DNA of 64,000 nt from assembly GCA_016181045.1 (NCBI GenBank), contig JACPAB010000003.1, positions 7,652 through 71,651 of the forward strand. Direction: 5' to 3'. The position numbers and the translations under genes are program-made. Each line of letters starts with the position of its first letter. The first letter of the stretch is position 1. Shown one piece after another: positions 41,519 through 50,503 of the stretch. This stretch comes from Candidatus Yanofskybacteria bacterium (GTDB lineage: Bacteria > Patescibacteriota > Minisyncoccia > 2-02-FULL-40-12 > GWA2-44-9). Under the pieces are notes generated by a model. It had not been told where the DNA came from. It saw nothing but the letters and a program-made list of their open reading frames with translations, and made no database searches.

Positions 41519-41692
41519 TTATATTGGGGAAAAAAGGTCCTTTTTGAGGTCGTCCGTTTGGGCGATCGGCGGAGGAGGGACCGGGCCTAATGACGGCACG
41601 ACATAACTGGAATAATAAAAGTAGCCGGCAACAATTCCTAGAAGGATTATCATCACCAATATTAGTAGATTTTGTGTTGGTCGTGCTGCCAT
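41519..41692 (-). CDS. small membrane protein between pilO and pilB (57 aa)
   Basis: MAARPTQNLLILVMIILLGIVAGYFYYSSYVVPSLGPVPPPPIAQTDDLKKDLFSPI*. Confidence 0.65.
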   Translation of the reverse strand: MAARPTQNLLILVMIILLGIVAGYFYYSSYVVPSLGPVPPPPIAQTDDLKKDLFSPI

Positions 41693-41725
41693 ATGGGAAT
41701 ATTTAAATATTTAAATTTTTAAACA

Positions 41726-42259
41726 TTATTTCAAGTAGTATGCGTTTCCTTTGATTGAAAAGTTCAGTAATCCCGGCTTATCCGCCGCACCAGCCGCGGC
41801 ATCTAAAGATGTAATATCCATGATCCTAAGATTTTTTTCGGCGGACTGGAGGAAACTTACCAGTCCCGCATAACTTCCGCTTAACGCTATTTCGATCGGG
41901 AGAGAGTTGTAAGCCCCCACCCGGCTATCCGATGGCTTGCCGGCTATAACCGCGCTGATAAGCTGAAGTCCGCTTTGGGCAGACAGCTTGTCTACCGCTG
42001 AAACCATTTCAGCTAATCCTTTCTTGCTTGGGAGAACAGAAGATATCCTTGTAATGTCGGCCGCTTTTTGCTGATATTCTTTGTTCAAGTCCTGTATCCT
42101 CTTGATGATCGCGCTTCTGGAATCATAAAGTCCCTGTCTTTCTTCCAGCGCGACATTAAGCTCGGACATTTTATTGTATTCCGGAAGGACCCAACCCCAG
42201 GCGCCGACAAGCGCTAATGCGACCAGGCCTGCCCCGATGTAATTCTTATTTGGATTCAT
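41726..42259 (-). CDS. pilO: PilO-like protein
   Basis: TM plus coiled coil; GSYAGLVSFLQSAEKNLRIMDI. Confidence 0.85.
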   Translation of the reverse strand: MNPNKNYIGAGLVALALVGAWGWVLPEYNKMSELNVALEERQGLYDSRSAIIKRIQDLNKEYQQKAADITRISSVLPSKKGLAEMVSAVDKLSAQSGLQLISAVIAGKPSDSRVGAYNSLPIEIALSGSYAGLVSFLQSAEKNLRIMDITSLDAAAGAADKPGLLNFSIKGNAYYLK

Positions 42260-42809
42260 CTTTTATGAATTTATCCTTGTCGAAGGTCAGTCGGATGGTG
42301 AATTCCAATCGTCCGTTCGTGAGGACATGGACATTGCTCAAGTCGATATCTTTTATCGAATCGTCGGAAACATACGCCGCGATCTGTCTTGCCAGGACGG
42401 TATAATTCAGGGTGAAGGCCTTTATCTCGAATTTCCCTTCTTCCGCTATGGCGTTGAATGTCGAGAATTGCACCTGCGGCTGGGTAAGCGCTTCTACCTT
42501 GGCTAATGCCTTTGACCAGAAAATGTGGTTGTTCAACAGGCTGGCAGTCAATGCTAACTGTTTATTCAGTGTCAAGAGATTTGCTTCGACCTTTTTATCC
42601 CGCTTCTTCTCAAGATTCACCAAATTGGCGTCAAGTTTGGCAACCTGGTCTTCCAACCCGCCTCGATAGAAAGCCAAACCGGCCGCAATCAAGAATACCA
42701 AAACAAGGGCAGCCGCTCCTGCATAAACCCACCTGTTCTCTCCCGGGGTCTTTATCTCAATCTTTCTTCTGCTTTCCGGAAGTAGTTGTATCCCTCCCTG
42801 GTCTGCCAT
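42246..42809 (-). CDS. pilN: PilN-like protein
   Basis: IQLLP motif, TM, coiled coil; between pilM and pilO. Confidence 0.75.
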   Translation of the reverse strand: MADQGGIQLLPESRRKIEIKTPGENRWVYAGAAALVLVFLIAAGLAFYRGGLEDQVAKLDANLVNLEKKRDKKVEANLLTLNKQLALTASLLNNHIFWSKALAKVEALTQPQVQFSTFNAIAEEGKFEIKAFTLNYTVLARQIAAYVSDDSIKDIDLSNVHVLTNGRLEFTIRLTFDKDKFIKDESK

Positions 42810-42869
42810 TGTTTACATTATATCTGAATACTAGACAAAACTTATACACATAGAGTAAGGGTAAACGCG

Positions 42870-43030
42870 CAAATTGACCTAATTGCTCTAATTATTCTAA
42901 TTGACCTAATCAAATCCTAAACTCTAATATCTAAATCCTAAACAAATTCAAAATTCTAAATTCAAAACTTTTCTGATTTTTGGGATTTGATTAGAATAAT
43001 TAGGTTAATTAGAAATTAGAATAATTTTAT
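42870..43030. repeat. 7-bp-period inverted repeat tract
   Basis: CTAAT/CTAAA units followed by complementary TTAG units. Confidence 0.75.
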
Positions 43031-44121
43031 TAGATCTCCCTCATCGCAAGACCGGTTGCAATCGCGAAAGCATTGGCCAGTTCCTGGATAACAGGACTTA
43101 ACTGTTGAGGATATATGATCCTCGCGAAAGCGTTCGCGCCATAGACATCCATGTTCAGCTTCTTTTTGAAATATTCCATGAAGTGAGGCATGTTGGACAA
43201 TCCCCCAATGAGCAGGATCTTGGATATCTTGATATTTTTGGAACTCTCATAATTTGAAAGCGTTTTCTTGGTTTCAAAAACCATCATATCCACCAAAGAA
43301 GTCATCGCTTCGTTGACGATATTCTCGTCCGAGGGCTTCAGTCCGATCTTTCGCTTTAGCTCCTCGGCTTTTTCCAGACCTACGTTCAAGGAGCGCGCAA
43401 TGGATTTGGTAATTTCAAATCCGCCGACTTCGTAGTTGTGGCTCACCCGTTCGTAACCCTTGTTAACGATGACTATAGAGGTGCTCCTTCCGCCGATGTT
43501 CACGATCGCTGTCGATGAAAGGTCGTTCCCGAGCAGTGCCCTGATCAGCGCGGTGTTCTCCAGCTCCAGGGCCCGGAGGTTCAATCCGGCTCCTTTCATT
43601 ATTCTTTGATAGCGAACGGTCTCTTCTTTCGGGACGGCGGCGACAAAAACCTCAACCGTAGTCGGCTTGGATCCCAGACCGCTCTTGCCGGGAACGGGAT
43701 TAACATTTGAGATGTCTATAATAGACCAGTCGAGAACGACTTCATTAAGCGGTATGGGGATGTATTTTTTTGCTTCGAACGGCAACGCCTTGGCTAAGTC
43801 CTGCTCGGACAGGTAGGGCATCTCTATGATCGTGCTGAAAGTCGAAAATGAGGGAATTGATGCCACAACATCCGTGGACTTGATGCCGCTTTTCTTTATC
43901 ACTTCTTTTATGCCCCAGATGATCTCTTCGTCAGGCAGTTTCAAAATCCCTCTTCCGGCTGTTGCTTGAGAATCAGAAACGCCGCTTTTAAGTTCAAAAA
44001 GGCCGTAGTTTGACAACTCGAAGCGCTGGCCTTTTTTCTGAAGTTCGACGACCTTGATCGAGGCCGTTCCGATGTCTATTCCCAATTTGCCTTTTTCCCC
44101 GAAAAGATTGAACATTGCCAT
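43030..44121 (-). CDS. pilM: type IV pilus assembly protein PilM
   Basis: LGIDIGTASIKVVEL, EAKKYIP, NIGGRST. Confidence 0.93.
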   Translation of the reverse strand: MAMFNLFGEKGKLGIDIGTASIKVVELQKKGQRFELSNYGLFELKSGVSDSQATAGRGILKLPDEEIIWGIKEVIKKSGIKSTDVVASIPSFSTFSTIIEMPYLSEQDLAKALPFEAKKYIPIPLNEVVLDWSIIDISNVNPVPGKSGLGSKPTTVEVFVAAVPKEETVRYQRIMKGAGLNLRALELENTALIRALLGNDLSSTAIVNIGGRSTSIVIVNKGYERVSHNYEVGGFEITKSIARSLNVGLEKAEELKRKIGLKPSDENIVNEAMTSLVDMMVFETKKTLSNYESSKNIKISKILLIGGLSNMPHFMEYFKKKLNMDVYGANAFARIIYPQQLSPVIQELANAFAIATGLAMREI

Positions 44122-44145
44122 GTATCACTCTAAGTATAGCAAAAA

Positions 44146-44805
44146 ATGATTGGTATATATCCACAAAAGGTAATCAAATTGGCAGGGGATGCCATATTTC
44201 CCATCCGGTGTGTCGGTTGCGGCGCATACGACACTTATTTCTGTGCCGCCTGCCTGGCGGAAGTGAAAATAAAAAACGACGCGGAGCTTGTCGGAGCCAT
44301 TCACGTTTTCTCGGCCGCAAATTACAGCGACAAGCTTATCCAGAGGGCATTGAAAGTTTTTAAATACGGCTTTGTCAGAGACATGGCCGGGCCTTTAGTT
44401 GAGATTGTCAGAACATACGTCGATAACATTCCGGTTATCAGTTCGGGTCTTTTGAGGGGCAATCCCCTCGTGGTTCCCGTCCCGCTCCACAAGAAGCGCT
44501 TGAACTGGCGGGGCTTCAATCAATCGGAAATTTTGGCGGAAAAAATTGCCGGGTTCTACGGACTCGAGGTCGGAAATATTCTGTTCAGGAACAAGAAAAG
44601 AAAACCTCAAGCGGATATCGAAGACAGAGAAAGCAGGATGAACAATGTGGCGGATTCATTTGCCTGCTCCGCAAACATTAATGGTAGGAACGTCGTTCTG
44701 GTGGACGACATATGTACCACCGGCGCGACCCTGAACGAATGCGCCAAAGTCCTGGCGGCAAACGGCGCCGGAAAAATAAGCGCTTTAGTCATTGCGAGAG
44801 GGTGA
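44146..44805 (+). CDS. comF: competence protein ComF (PRTase family)
   Basis: CxxC..CxxC, VPVPLH..R...RGFNQS, LVDDICTTGATL. Confidence 0.93.
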   Translation: MIGIYPQKVIKLAGDAIFPIRCVGCGAYDTYFCAACLAEVKIKNDAELVGAIHVFSAANYSDKLIQRALKVFKYGFVRDMAGPLVEIVRTYVDNIPVISSGLLRGNPLVVPVPLHKKRLNWRGFNQSEILAEKIAGFYGLEVGNILFRNKKRKPQADIEDRESRMNNVADSFACSANINGRNVVLVDDICTTGATLNECAKVLAANGAGKISALVIARG

Positions 44806-44833
44806 AAAATGTGGTAAAATTACTTGTTTTTAG

Positions 44834-44918
44834 GGAGAGGTGCGTGAATGGTTAAACGAATGGCTTGCTAAGCCATGACGGCGTAAGCCGTCTGTGGGTT
44901 CAAGTCCCACCCTCTCCG
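44834..44918 (+). tRNA. tRNA-Ser(GCT)
   Basis: GGAGAGG/CCTCTCC acceptor stem; ATGGC-TT-GCT-AA-GCCAT; long variable arm. Confidence 0.96.
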
Positions 44919-44919
44919 C

Positions 44920-46503
44920 ATGGCTGAAAGTTCAAACAAAAAGGTTAAAAATGTACGGCCGCCGGTGGTGGTAGTTTTGGGCCATGTCGATCATGGAAAA
45001 ACCAAACTTCTATCAGCTATTAGAAACGTAGCCGTGCCTAAAGAATCGGGGGGAATTACCCAGCACATCGGGGCCTACCAAGTTGAGGTTCCGCAGGAAC
45101 CGAAATCCCGAGATAATCGAGGGATCCCTCATGGTATTCGGGATGATTTTGCTGGCCGCAAAATCACGTTTCTGGATACGCCCGGCCACGAGGCCTTCTC
45201 GGCCATCCGGTCGCGCGGAGCCAGGGTCGCGGACATAGCCATATTGGTCGTGGCTGCCGACGAAAGCGTCAAGCCGCAGACCAAAGAGGCCATCAAGATA
45301 ATCAAGCAGGAAAAAATGCCGTTCATAGTTGCGCTGAACAAAATAGACAAAGAAGGCGCCAATGTGCAGAAGGTAAAGCAGGATTTAGCGACCGAAGAAG
45401 TGTTGGTTGAGGACTGGGGGGGAAATGTTCCGGTCGTCGAGATATCGGCCAAGCAGGGCAAGGGCATAAGTGAATTGATGGACATGATAATCCTGGTCGC
45501 GGACCTTGAGGACCTCGGAGAAGACCTTTCGTCTCCCGCTAAGGGGTTGATAATAGAATCCAACCTCGATAAGAGGGTAGGTTATGTCGCCACGGCGCTG
45601 GTCCATAAAGGAGTACTTAGATTGGGCGACTGGATAGTTGCCGGAACGGCCACGGGCAAGATAAAAGCCATGGAGGATTTTACCAGTGCTTCGATTACCG
45701 AGGCCAGGCCATCCCAGCCGGTTCGTATCATCGGCTGGTCATCGGCTCCCAATATCGGGATAGAGTTTAGTTCCGCCGGAAGCAAAGATGAAGCCGTTAA
45801 GATCGCCGAAGATAACGTCAACCTTGCTCCCCTCTTGTCTTTCTTCTCGGGCGCGCAGGAGACACCCGAGAACAAGGCCATGCTGAACATTATTTTCAAA
45901 TCGGACGTGACCAGTTCGCTGGAAGCCATTGATTCGGTTTTGAGGACGATAAAGTCCGAAGAAGTCGGTTACAGGGTGATCGGGCACGACATCGGCAACA
46001 TCACGGAAGCCGATGTTAAAACCGCTATCGCCGGAAAGGGCCAGGTAGTGGGATTCAGGGTTACCGCGGATGACTCGGCCAAAAAGCTCGCCGAACGTGA
46101 AGGAGTTAAGATGGCCACCTTCGACATTATCTATGAGTTGATAGAATACGTCAGAGAGCAAATGGCGGATCTTTTGGGGCCGGTCATCACTAAAATAGCA
46201 TTGGGAAAACTCAAGGTACTCGCCACTTTCAAGAAGGACCCCAAGTTCCAGGTCATCGGCGGAAGGGTTATTTCGGGCAAGGCCATCAGGGGCGCGTTTG
46301 CCGACGTTCTTCGTGGCGGAATAGTGATTTGTAACGGTCGTATCGGCCAGCTTCAGCACAACAAGGAGGACCTGCCGGAAGTCAAAGAGGGGCTTGAAGC
46401 AGGCATAAAGCTCGAAGTAATTCCTGGCCAGCCATTCCAAGAAATCCAAGTCGGAGATATGTTGGAGATATATGAGGAGCAGAAGACAGCCAGAACTCTA
46501 TAA
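44920..46503 (+). CDS. infB: translation initiation factor IF-2 (short form)
   Basis: RPPVVVVLGHVDHGKT, GGITQHIGAY, DTPGHEAF, NKID. Confidence 0.97.
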   Translation: MAESSNKKVKNVRPPVVVVLGHVDHGKTKLLSAIRNVAVPKESGGITQHIGAYQVEVPQEPKSRDNRGIPHGIRDDFAGRKITFLDTPGHEAFSAIRSRGARVADIAILVVAADESVKPQTKEAIKIIKQEKMPFIVALNKIDKEGANVQKVKQDLATEEVLVEDWGGNVPVVEISAKQGKGISELMDMIILVADLEDLGEDLSSPAKGLIIESNLDKRVGYVATALVHKGVLRLGDWIVAGTATGKIKAMEDFTSASITEARPSQPVRIIGWSSAPNIGIEFSSAGSKDEAVKIAEDNVNLAPLLSFFSGAQETPENKAMLNIIFKSDVTSSLEAIDSVLRTIKSEEVGYRVIGHDIGNITEADVKTAIAGKGQVVGFRVTADDSAKKLAEREGVKMATFDIIYELIEYVREQMADLLGPVITKIALGKLKVLATFKKDPKFQVIGGRVISGKAIRGAFADVLRGGIVICNGRIGQLQHNKEDLPEVKEGLEAGIKLEVIPGQPFQEIQVGDMLEIYEEQKTARTL

Positions 46504-46514
46504 GAGTTCTGGAA

Positions 46515-46570
46515 TTATCAATTTTCAATTTACAATTTTCATTGAATTTTCAATGATTCAATTTAAAAAT
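46515..46570. repeat. 7-bp-period tract
   Basis: CAATTTT-type units, near-identical to 11753-11800 and 13750-13790. Confidence 0.7.
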
Positions 46571-46642
46571 GGTGCCGTGGCGAAGTGGAAACGCGATCGT
46601 CTGCAAAACGATCATGCATGGGTTCGATTCCCATCGGCACCT
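46571..46642 (+). tRNA. tRNA-Cys(GCA)
   Basis: GGTGCCG/CGGCACC-U73; ATCGT-CT-GCA-AA-ACGAT. Confidence 0.95.
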
Positions 46643-46648
46643 CAGCTT

Positions 46649-46879
46649 ATGGCAAAAACCATTCTCGTAACCGGAGGGTGCGGATTTATCGGCAGCCATT
46701 TCGTTAGGCAGTTTAAAAAAGCCAGAATTCATGATAAAATATAGACGCTCGCGGAAACTGTAAAATGGTATCAGGATAACCCAGTATGGATAAAGAGTGC
46801 TGTGAGGCGTCTAAAAAAAGCGAAGTCCCGCACCATGCTTCGCTCTGGTGCTGGGATAAATCCGCATATTCAAATTTGA
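46649..46879 (+). pseudogene. internally deleted dTDP-glucose 4,6-dehydratase (RfbB/RmlB-like) remnant
   Basis: MAKTILVTGGCGFIGSHFVR...KI* then in frame TLAETVKWYQDNPVW; only the two termini remain. Confidence 0.8.
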
Positions 46880-46885
46880 AATAAT

Positions 46886-46969
46886 GCCGGGGTGGCGAAA
46901 CAGGAAACCGCAGGTGACTTAAGATCACCCGCTCGCAAGAGCTTGAGGGTTCGAGCCCCTCTCCCGGCA
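46886..46969 (+). tRNA. tRNA-Leu(TAA)
   Basis: GCCGGGG/TCCCGGC; GGTGA-CT-TAA-GA-TCACC; long variable arm. Confidence 0.95.
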
Positions 46970-46988
46970 CAAAAAAATAAGAGCCCTC

Positions 46989-47156
46989 TTACTTGAGGGT
47001 TTCTTTTTTGATGATGTCGGTTACGTTCAGTTTGTTGCTACCGCAACTCCTACATGTGGACTCTTGAAATTCGGCATCCCAGATATTGTTACAGTCGAGA
47101 CATTGATGCCGTCTTTGAACTTTTATCTGAAGCTTCATTTCATCTCCGTAAGGCAT
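46989..47156 (-). CDS. small zinc-ribbon protein (55 aa)
   Basis: MPYGDEMKLQIKVQRRHQCLDCNNIWDAEFQESTCRSCGSNKLNVTDIIKKETLK*; two CxxC motifs. Confidence 0.7.
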   Translation of the reverse strand: MPYGDEMKLQIKVQRRHQCLDCNNIWDAEFQESTCRSCGSNKLNVTDIIKKETLK

Positions 47157-47232
47157 TTTGTCTATCCTTGTAAGTAAAGCGAACTAATTATAGATTATAT
47201 TATAATCCTAAAGCAATCAAAGGAGTAGGACC

Positions 47233-48123
47233 TTGAAAATCTTACTGACCGCCGCAGCGACCCTTCTTTTTCCATATATTGCTTTTGGGCAGAGCTTTCG
47301 GGCGCTGAATCAGCAGGTTCAGCAGGGCGGAGTGCTGGTGCTTCGCGTTGCTCCCCAATGGCAGGGGCCGCAAGTGAGCATTGCGGTTTTCGCCAAGCAT
47401 TATCTTCCCAATAGATACGGCGATGTCTACATCGGGATTGATAAAAGCATTGTTCCCGGAAAACATATCGCCACCCTGGTCGAATACGGCCGAGGGATTC
47501 GCTTGAGCTGGGATTACGAAGAAATAGAAGTTGTTGACAAGAACTTACCTTCAAGGACCAGAAGGCCGTTTGTTCCCAACAAAAAATGGGAACGAGAGAG
47601 GGAAACTATCAGACAAGCCTTCGATGGCGGGGATTATTTTGAAAAGTATTTTAACGGAGAATTTGTAAGGCCACTGGATAGAGCGGTAATAGATCAGAAT
47701 AGAACTATCGGCGACGAGTCAAGTCCTTTTGGAACTAACCACAACGGCGTAGATTTAATAACTCTTGACCCTAAAACTAGAAGACATAAACGACCGGTCA
47801 AGGCCATAAATTCAGGGAAGATTGCTTTAATCGCCAGGAATTACTCTACCGATGGTAACATGATGATCATTGACCATGGTTCCGGAATTTTTTCTGTTTA
47901 TATGCACTTGTCCAGGTTTTTGGTATCAAAAGTCGGCCAAACGGTTAAAAAGGGTGATGTTGTGGCGATGTCAGGCGATACAGGCAGCGCCAGAACAAGG
48001 CCAAGTTGTAAAAATTGCGGTCCTCACCTTCACTGCTCAGTCAAAATAAGAAGTAAAGATGGGAAAAGCGATGTCTATGTGGATCCCCTGGCGTTTATAG
48101 AGACAATGAATAGGATCTTTTGA
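47233..48123 (+). CDS. secreted M23 family peptidase
   Basis: Signal peptide, HNGVD, IDHGSG, YMHL, GPHLH; SD AAGGAG. Confidence 0.9.
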   Translation: MKILLTAAATLLFPYIAFGQSFRALNQQVQQGGVLVLRVAPQWQGPQVSIAVFAKHYLPNRYGDVYIGIDKSIVPGKHIATLVEYGRGIRLSWDYEEIEVVDKNLPSRTRRPFVPNKKWERERETIRQAFDGGDYFEKYFNGEFVRPLDRAVIDQNRTIGDESSPFGTNHNGVDLITLDPKTRRHKRPVKAINSGKIALIARNYSTDGNMMIIDHGSGIFSVYMHLSRFLVSKVGQTVKKGDVVAMSGDTGSARTRPSCKNCGPHLHCSVKIRSKDGKSDVYVDPLAFIETMNRIF

Positions 48124-48125
48124 TC

Positions 48126-49037
48126 CTATTTTTTATCATGGAATCTTTCGTGGACTTCGCGAAGTTGTTTATCGGTCACGTGAGTATATATTTGGGTCGT
48201 GGTGACCGAAGAATGGCCTAAAAGTGCCTGGACGGAGCGGATATCGGCGCCGTTACGCAGAAGGTCGGTAGCAAAAGAGTGACGGAGAGTGTGGGGCGAA
48301 ACCTTCTTTCTAATGATGCCGGCCTTGATGGCGTATTTTCCGACTATTCTCTGAATGCTTCTCGGCGTCAGGCGCAGGTTCGACTCCTTTGAGAAACTTT
48401 TTGAGCGCGGAATCCTGATGAACAGAGCCTCGTCGGCATCCACTCGCTTTTTGAGATATTGGTCCAAAGAGTCCTTCGCGTTGTCTGATAAAAACACGAC
48501 CCTTATCTTACTGCCCTTTCCGCGAATCGAGACCTCTCCTCTTTTGGGGTCTATTTTGTCCCTGTCCAGCGCGCACAATTCGGATACGCGCATTCCGGTG
48601 CTGAATAAAGTACCGAGAACCGCCCGGTCTCTTAAGGTATCCAGATTGTTGTCTTCTGGAGATTTTAATAATCTTTCCAATTCATCCGCTTCCAAAAATG
48701 TGACTTCCCGGTCCTCCTGTTTCCCCAATTCCACCTTCTCCGCCGAAACGGATTTAATGTCTCTTTTGGCTAAGTATTTCAAGAAATTGCGCAGGGCGAT
48801 TATGTGGTAGTTCTGGGTAACTTTTTTAAGCGGCTTACCCTCGTCGTCCTTGAAGCGGTTCAGATAAAGACGGTATTGTCTGATCAGGTCTTCGGTTATG
48901 CCTGCCGGGCTGGAAACCTTGGTGAATTGTAAAAATCTATTCAAATACCGCCCGTAGTTTTCCACGGTTTTAGCCGAGCGGTTCTTCTCTATCTCCAAAT
49001 GCTCCAAGTATTGAATTTTGAGGGTTTTGATGTCCAT
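48126..49037 (-). CDS. XerC/XerD-type tyrosine recombinase
   Basis: TGMRVSEL, GKGSK, HTLRHSFAT, LLGH, TQIYTHV. Confidence 0.95.
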   Translation of the reverse strand: MDIKTLKIQYLEHLEIEKNRSAKTVENYGRYLNRFLQFTKVSSPAGITEDLIRQYRLYLNRFKDDEGKPLKKVTQNYHIIALRNFLKYLAKRDIKSVSAEKVELGKQEDREVTFLEADELERLLKSPEDNNLDTLRDRAVLGTLFSTGMRVSELCALDRDKIDPKRGEVSIRGKGSKIRVVFLSDNAKDSLDQYLKKRVDADEALFIRIPRSKSFSKESNLRLTPRSIQRIVGKYAIKAGIIRKKVSPHTLRHSFATDLLRNGADIRSVQALLGHSSVTTTQIYTHVTDKQLREVHERFHDKK

Positions 49038-49137
49038 TTATCCGATTATATCTAATATGTCGCAAAATGTTGAGTTGATAACAGAATCTTTAGGTGTTAT
49101 GTTTTAGGCGCTTCATTTAATAATTTAAGAAGGGGCA

Positions 49138-49497
49138 ATGAAGTTCTTTAAGCAAGAAAGATGTGTTGGTTGGTTGGCAATAGTCGGTTTGGCGCTAACC
49201 TGGGCGGTGGTTATTGGAATTATGGTTTTTGTATATTTGCATGTTAGTTATCAGAAACATGCCGAAGAATATTTCGGTGTTACGATCAGCCGGGACTTTT
49301 CCGAAGAAAAGAAAATACTGCTTAGGCCGCTGGTTGAAGGGAGAATAAGGGCCATGGCGGAAATATACGCTGAAGCCGCGGCGGCGGGAGCCGGATTCAA
49401 AGAACAGAAAAACTCCCGGCGATCTGATCTTTACCGGGCCTGCGCGGCAGCCAAGTACTTTGAACTGATTGACGATGACTATATATGGTGCCGATAG
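49138..49497 (+). CDS. hypothetical membrane protein
   Basis: 119 aa, one TM helix, purine-rich SD-like sequence upstream. Confidence 0.6.
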   Translation: MKFFKQERCVGWLAIVGLALTWAVVIGIMVFVYLHVSYQKHAEEYFGVTISRDFSEEKKILLRPLVEGRIRAMAEIYAEAAAAGAGFKEQKNSRRSDLYRACAAAKYFELIDDDYIWCR

Positions 49498-49512
49498 CAC
49501 CATTTTTATTTG

Positions 49513-49585
49513 CCAGGTAGTGAATTTTTGAGTTGGCTCTGCCATTTGCGACCCCAAGACCGCATCTCAAAAATCTACTACCTGG
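49513..49585. repeat. hairpin family G, copy 1
   Basis: GTAGTGAATTTT...AAAATCTACTAC arms shared with 52974-53039. Confidence 0.8.
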
Positions 49586-49624
49586 TTTGCATTTTTTGTG
49601 AATTCAGGTATACTAAAGAGGAAC

Positions 49625-49891
49625 ATGTTAACCCCCAAAGAAAAATTAAAAGTCATCGAGAAGGTCCAGATACATGACAAGGACACGGGTTCTGCCGAGG
49701 CGCAGATCGCTTTGTTTACCGAAGAAATAGAGCAGTTGGCCAAGCATCTGAAGAAGCACCAGAAAGACAACAGCTCCCGCCTGGGCTTGCTCAAAATGGT
49801 TTCAAAACGAAAGCGGCTCTTGGACTACCTCAAAAGGGTCAATCCGAAAAGACACTTGGCGGTCATCAAGAAGCTCGGTCTCGAAAAGTAA
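49625..49891 (+). CDS. rpsO: 30S ribosomal protein S15
   Basis: DTGSAEAQIALFT, HLKKHQKDNSSRLGLLKMV. Confidence 0.97.
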   Translation: MLTPKEKLKVIEKVQIHDKDTGSAEAQIALFTEEIEQLAKHLKKHQKDNSSRLGLLKMVSKRKRLLDYLKRVNPKRHLAVIKKLGLEK

Positions 49892-49980
49892 TCAACGACT
49901 AACAACCAACTACAAACGACAGGAGATTAAAATATTATTAATCGAAATAGTCGTAGGTCGTAGGTCGTAAGTTGTAAGTA
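49892..49980. repeat. 7-bp-period inverted repeat tract
   Basis: CAACGAC/CAACTAC units followed by GTCGTAG/GTTGTAA units. Confidence 0.75.
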
Positions 49981-49984
49981 AAAG

Positions 49985-50503
49985 TTGTCGCATAAGACCA
50001 CAGTACCCCAAAGAAAAAACCACCGAGTCGGTGTTTTTGTCGATGTCAGCAATATGTATCATTCGGCCAAGAATCTTTATCACGGCAGAGTTAACTTCGG
50101 AGAACTTTTAAAATTGGCAACCGCTTCTCGGCAGCTGGTCAGAGCTGTCGCTTATGTGGTCAAATCGGATACCGAGGAAGAAAAGGCGTTCTTCAATGCT
50201 CTGGAAAAGGCGGGATATGAGTTAAAATCCAAGGACTTGCAGGTGTTCCCGGGCGGCATGAAAAAGGGCGACTGGGACGTGGCCGTAGCGGTTGATGCGA
50301 TAAGTTTATCCAAGCAGTTGGATGTGGTCGTGATTGTCTCCGGCGATGGCGACTACGAACCGCTGGTGGAGTATCTTAAATTCAGCGGAGTTATCGTTGA
50401 GGTTATGGGTTTCCGGAGAAGCACCAGTTCGAAACTGGTGGATGTTGCCAACAACTTTATCGACTTGGACGAAGTTAAAGATAAAGTCGTATTAAAAAAA
50501 TAA
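49985..50503 (+). CDS. NYN/LabA-DUF88 domain protein
   Basis: VFVDVSN, KGDWDV, VSGDGDY. Confidence 0.9.
   Translation: MSHKTTVPQRKNHRVGVFVDVSNMYHSAKNLYHGRVNFGELLKLATASRQLVRAVAYVVKSDTEEEKAFFNALEKAGYELKSKDLQVFPGGMKKGDWDVAVAVDAISLSKQLDVVVIVSGDGDYEPLVEYLKFSGVIVEVMGFRRSTSSKLVDVANNFIDLDEVKDKVVLKK

Noticed and set aside
45091..45160. CCGCA direct repeat as target duplication of the infB insert
   Set aside because: Removing the 65-nt unit would break the reading frame, so it is probably coincidental
46472..46970. ORFs 46472-46744, 46550-46732 and 46713-46970
   Set aside because: They are read-throughs of tRNA-Cys, tRNA-Leu and a repeat tract; only the rfbB remnant is credible
48126..49037. Integron integrase or prophage integrase driving the hairpin cassettes
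   Set aside because: The protein is a compact XerC/D-type recombinase with no evident IntI-specific insertion; the hairpins lack clear RYYYAAC/GTTRRRY ends; no duplicated tRNA 3' end was found
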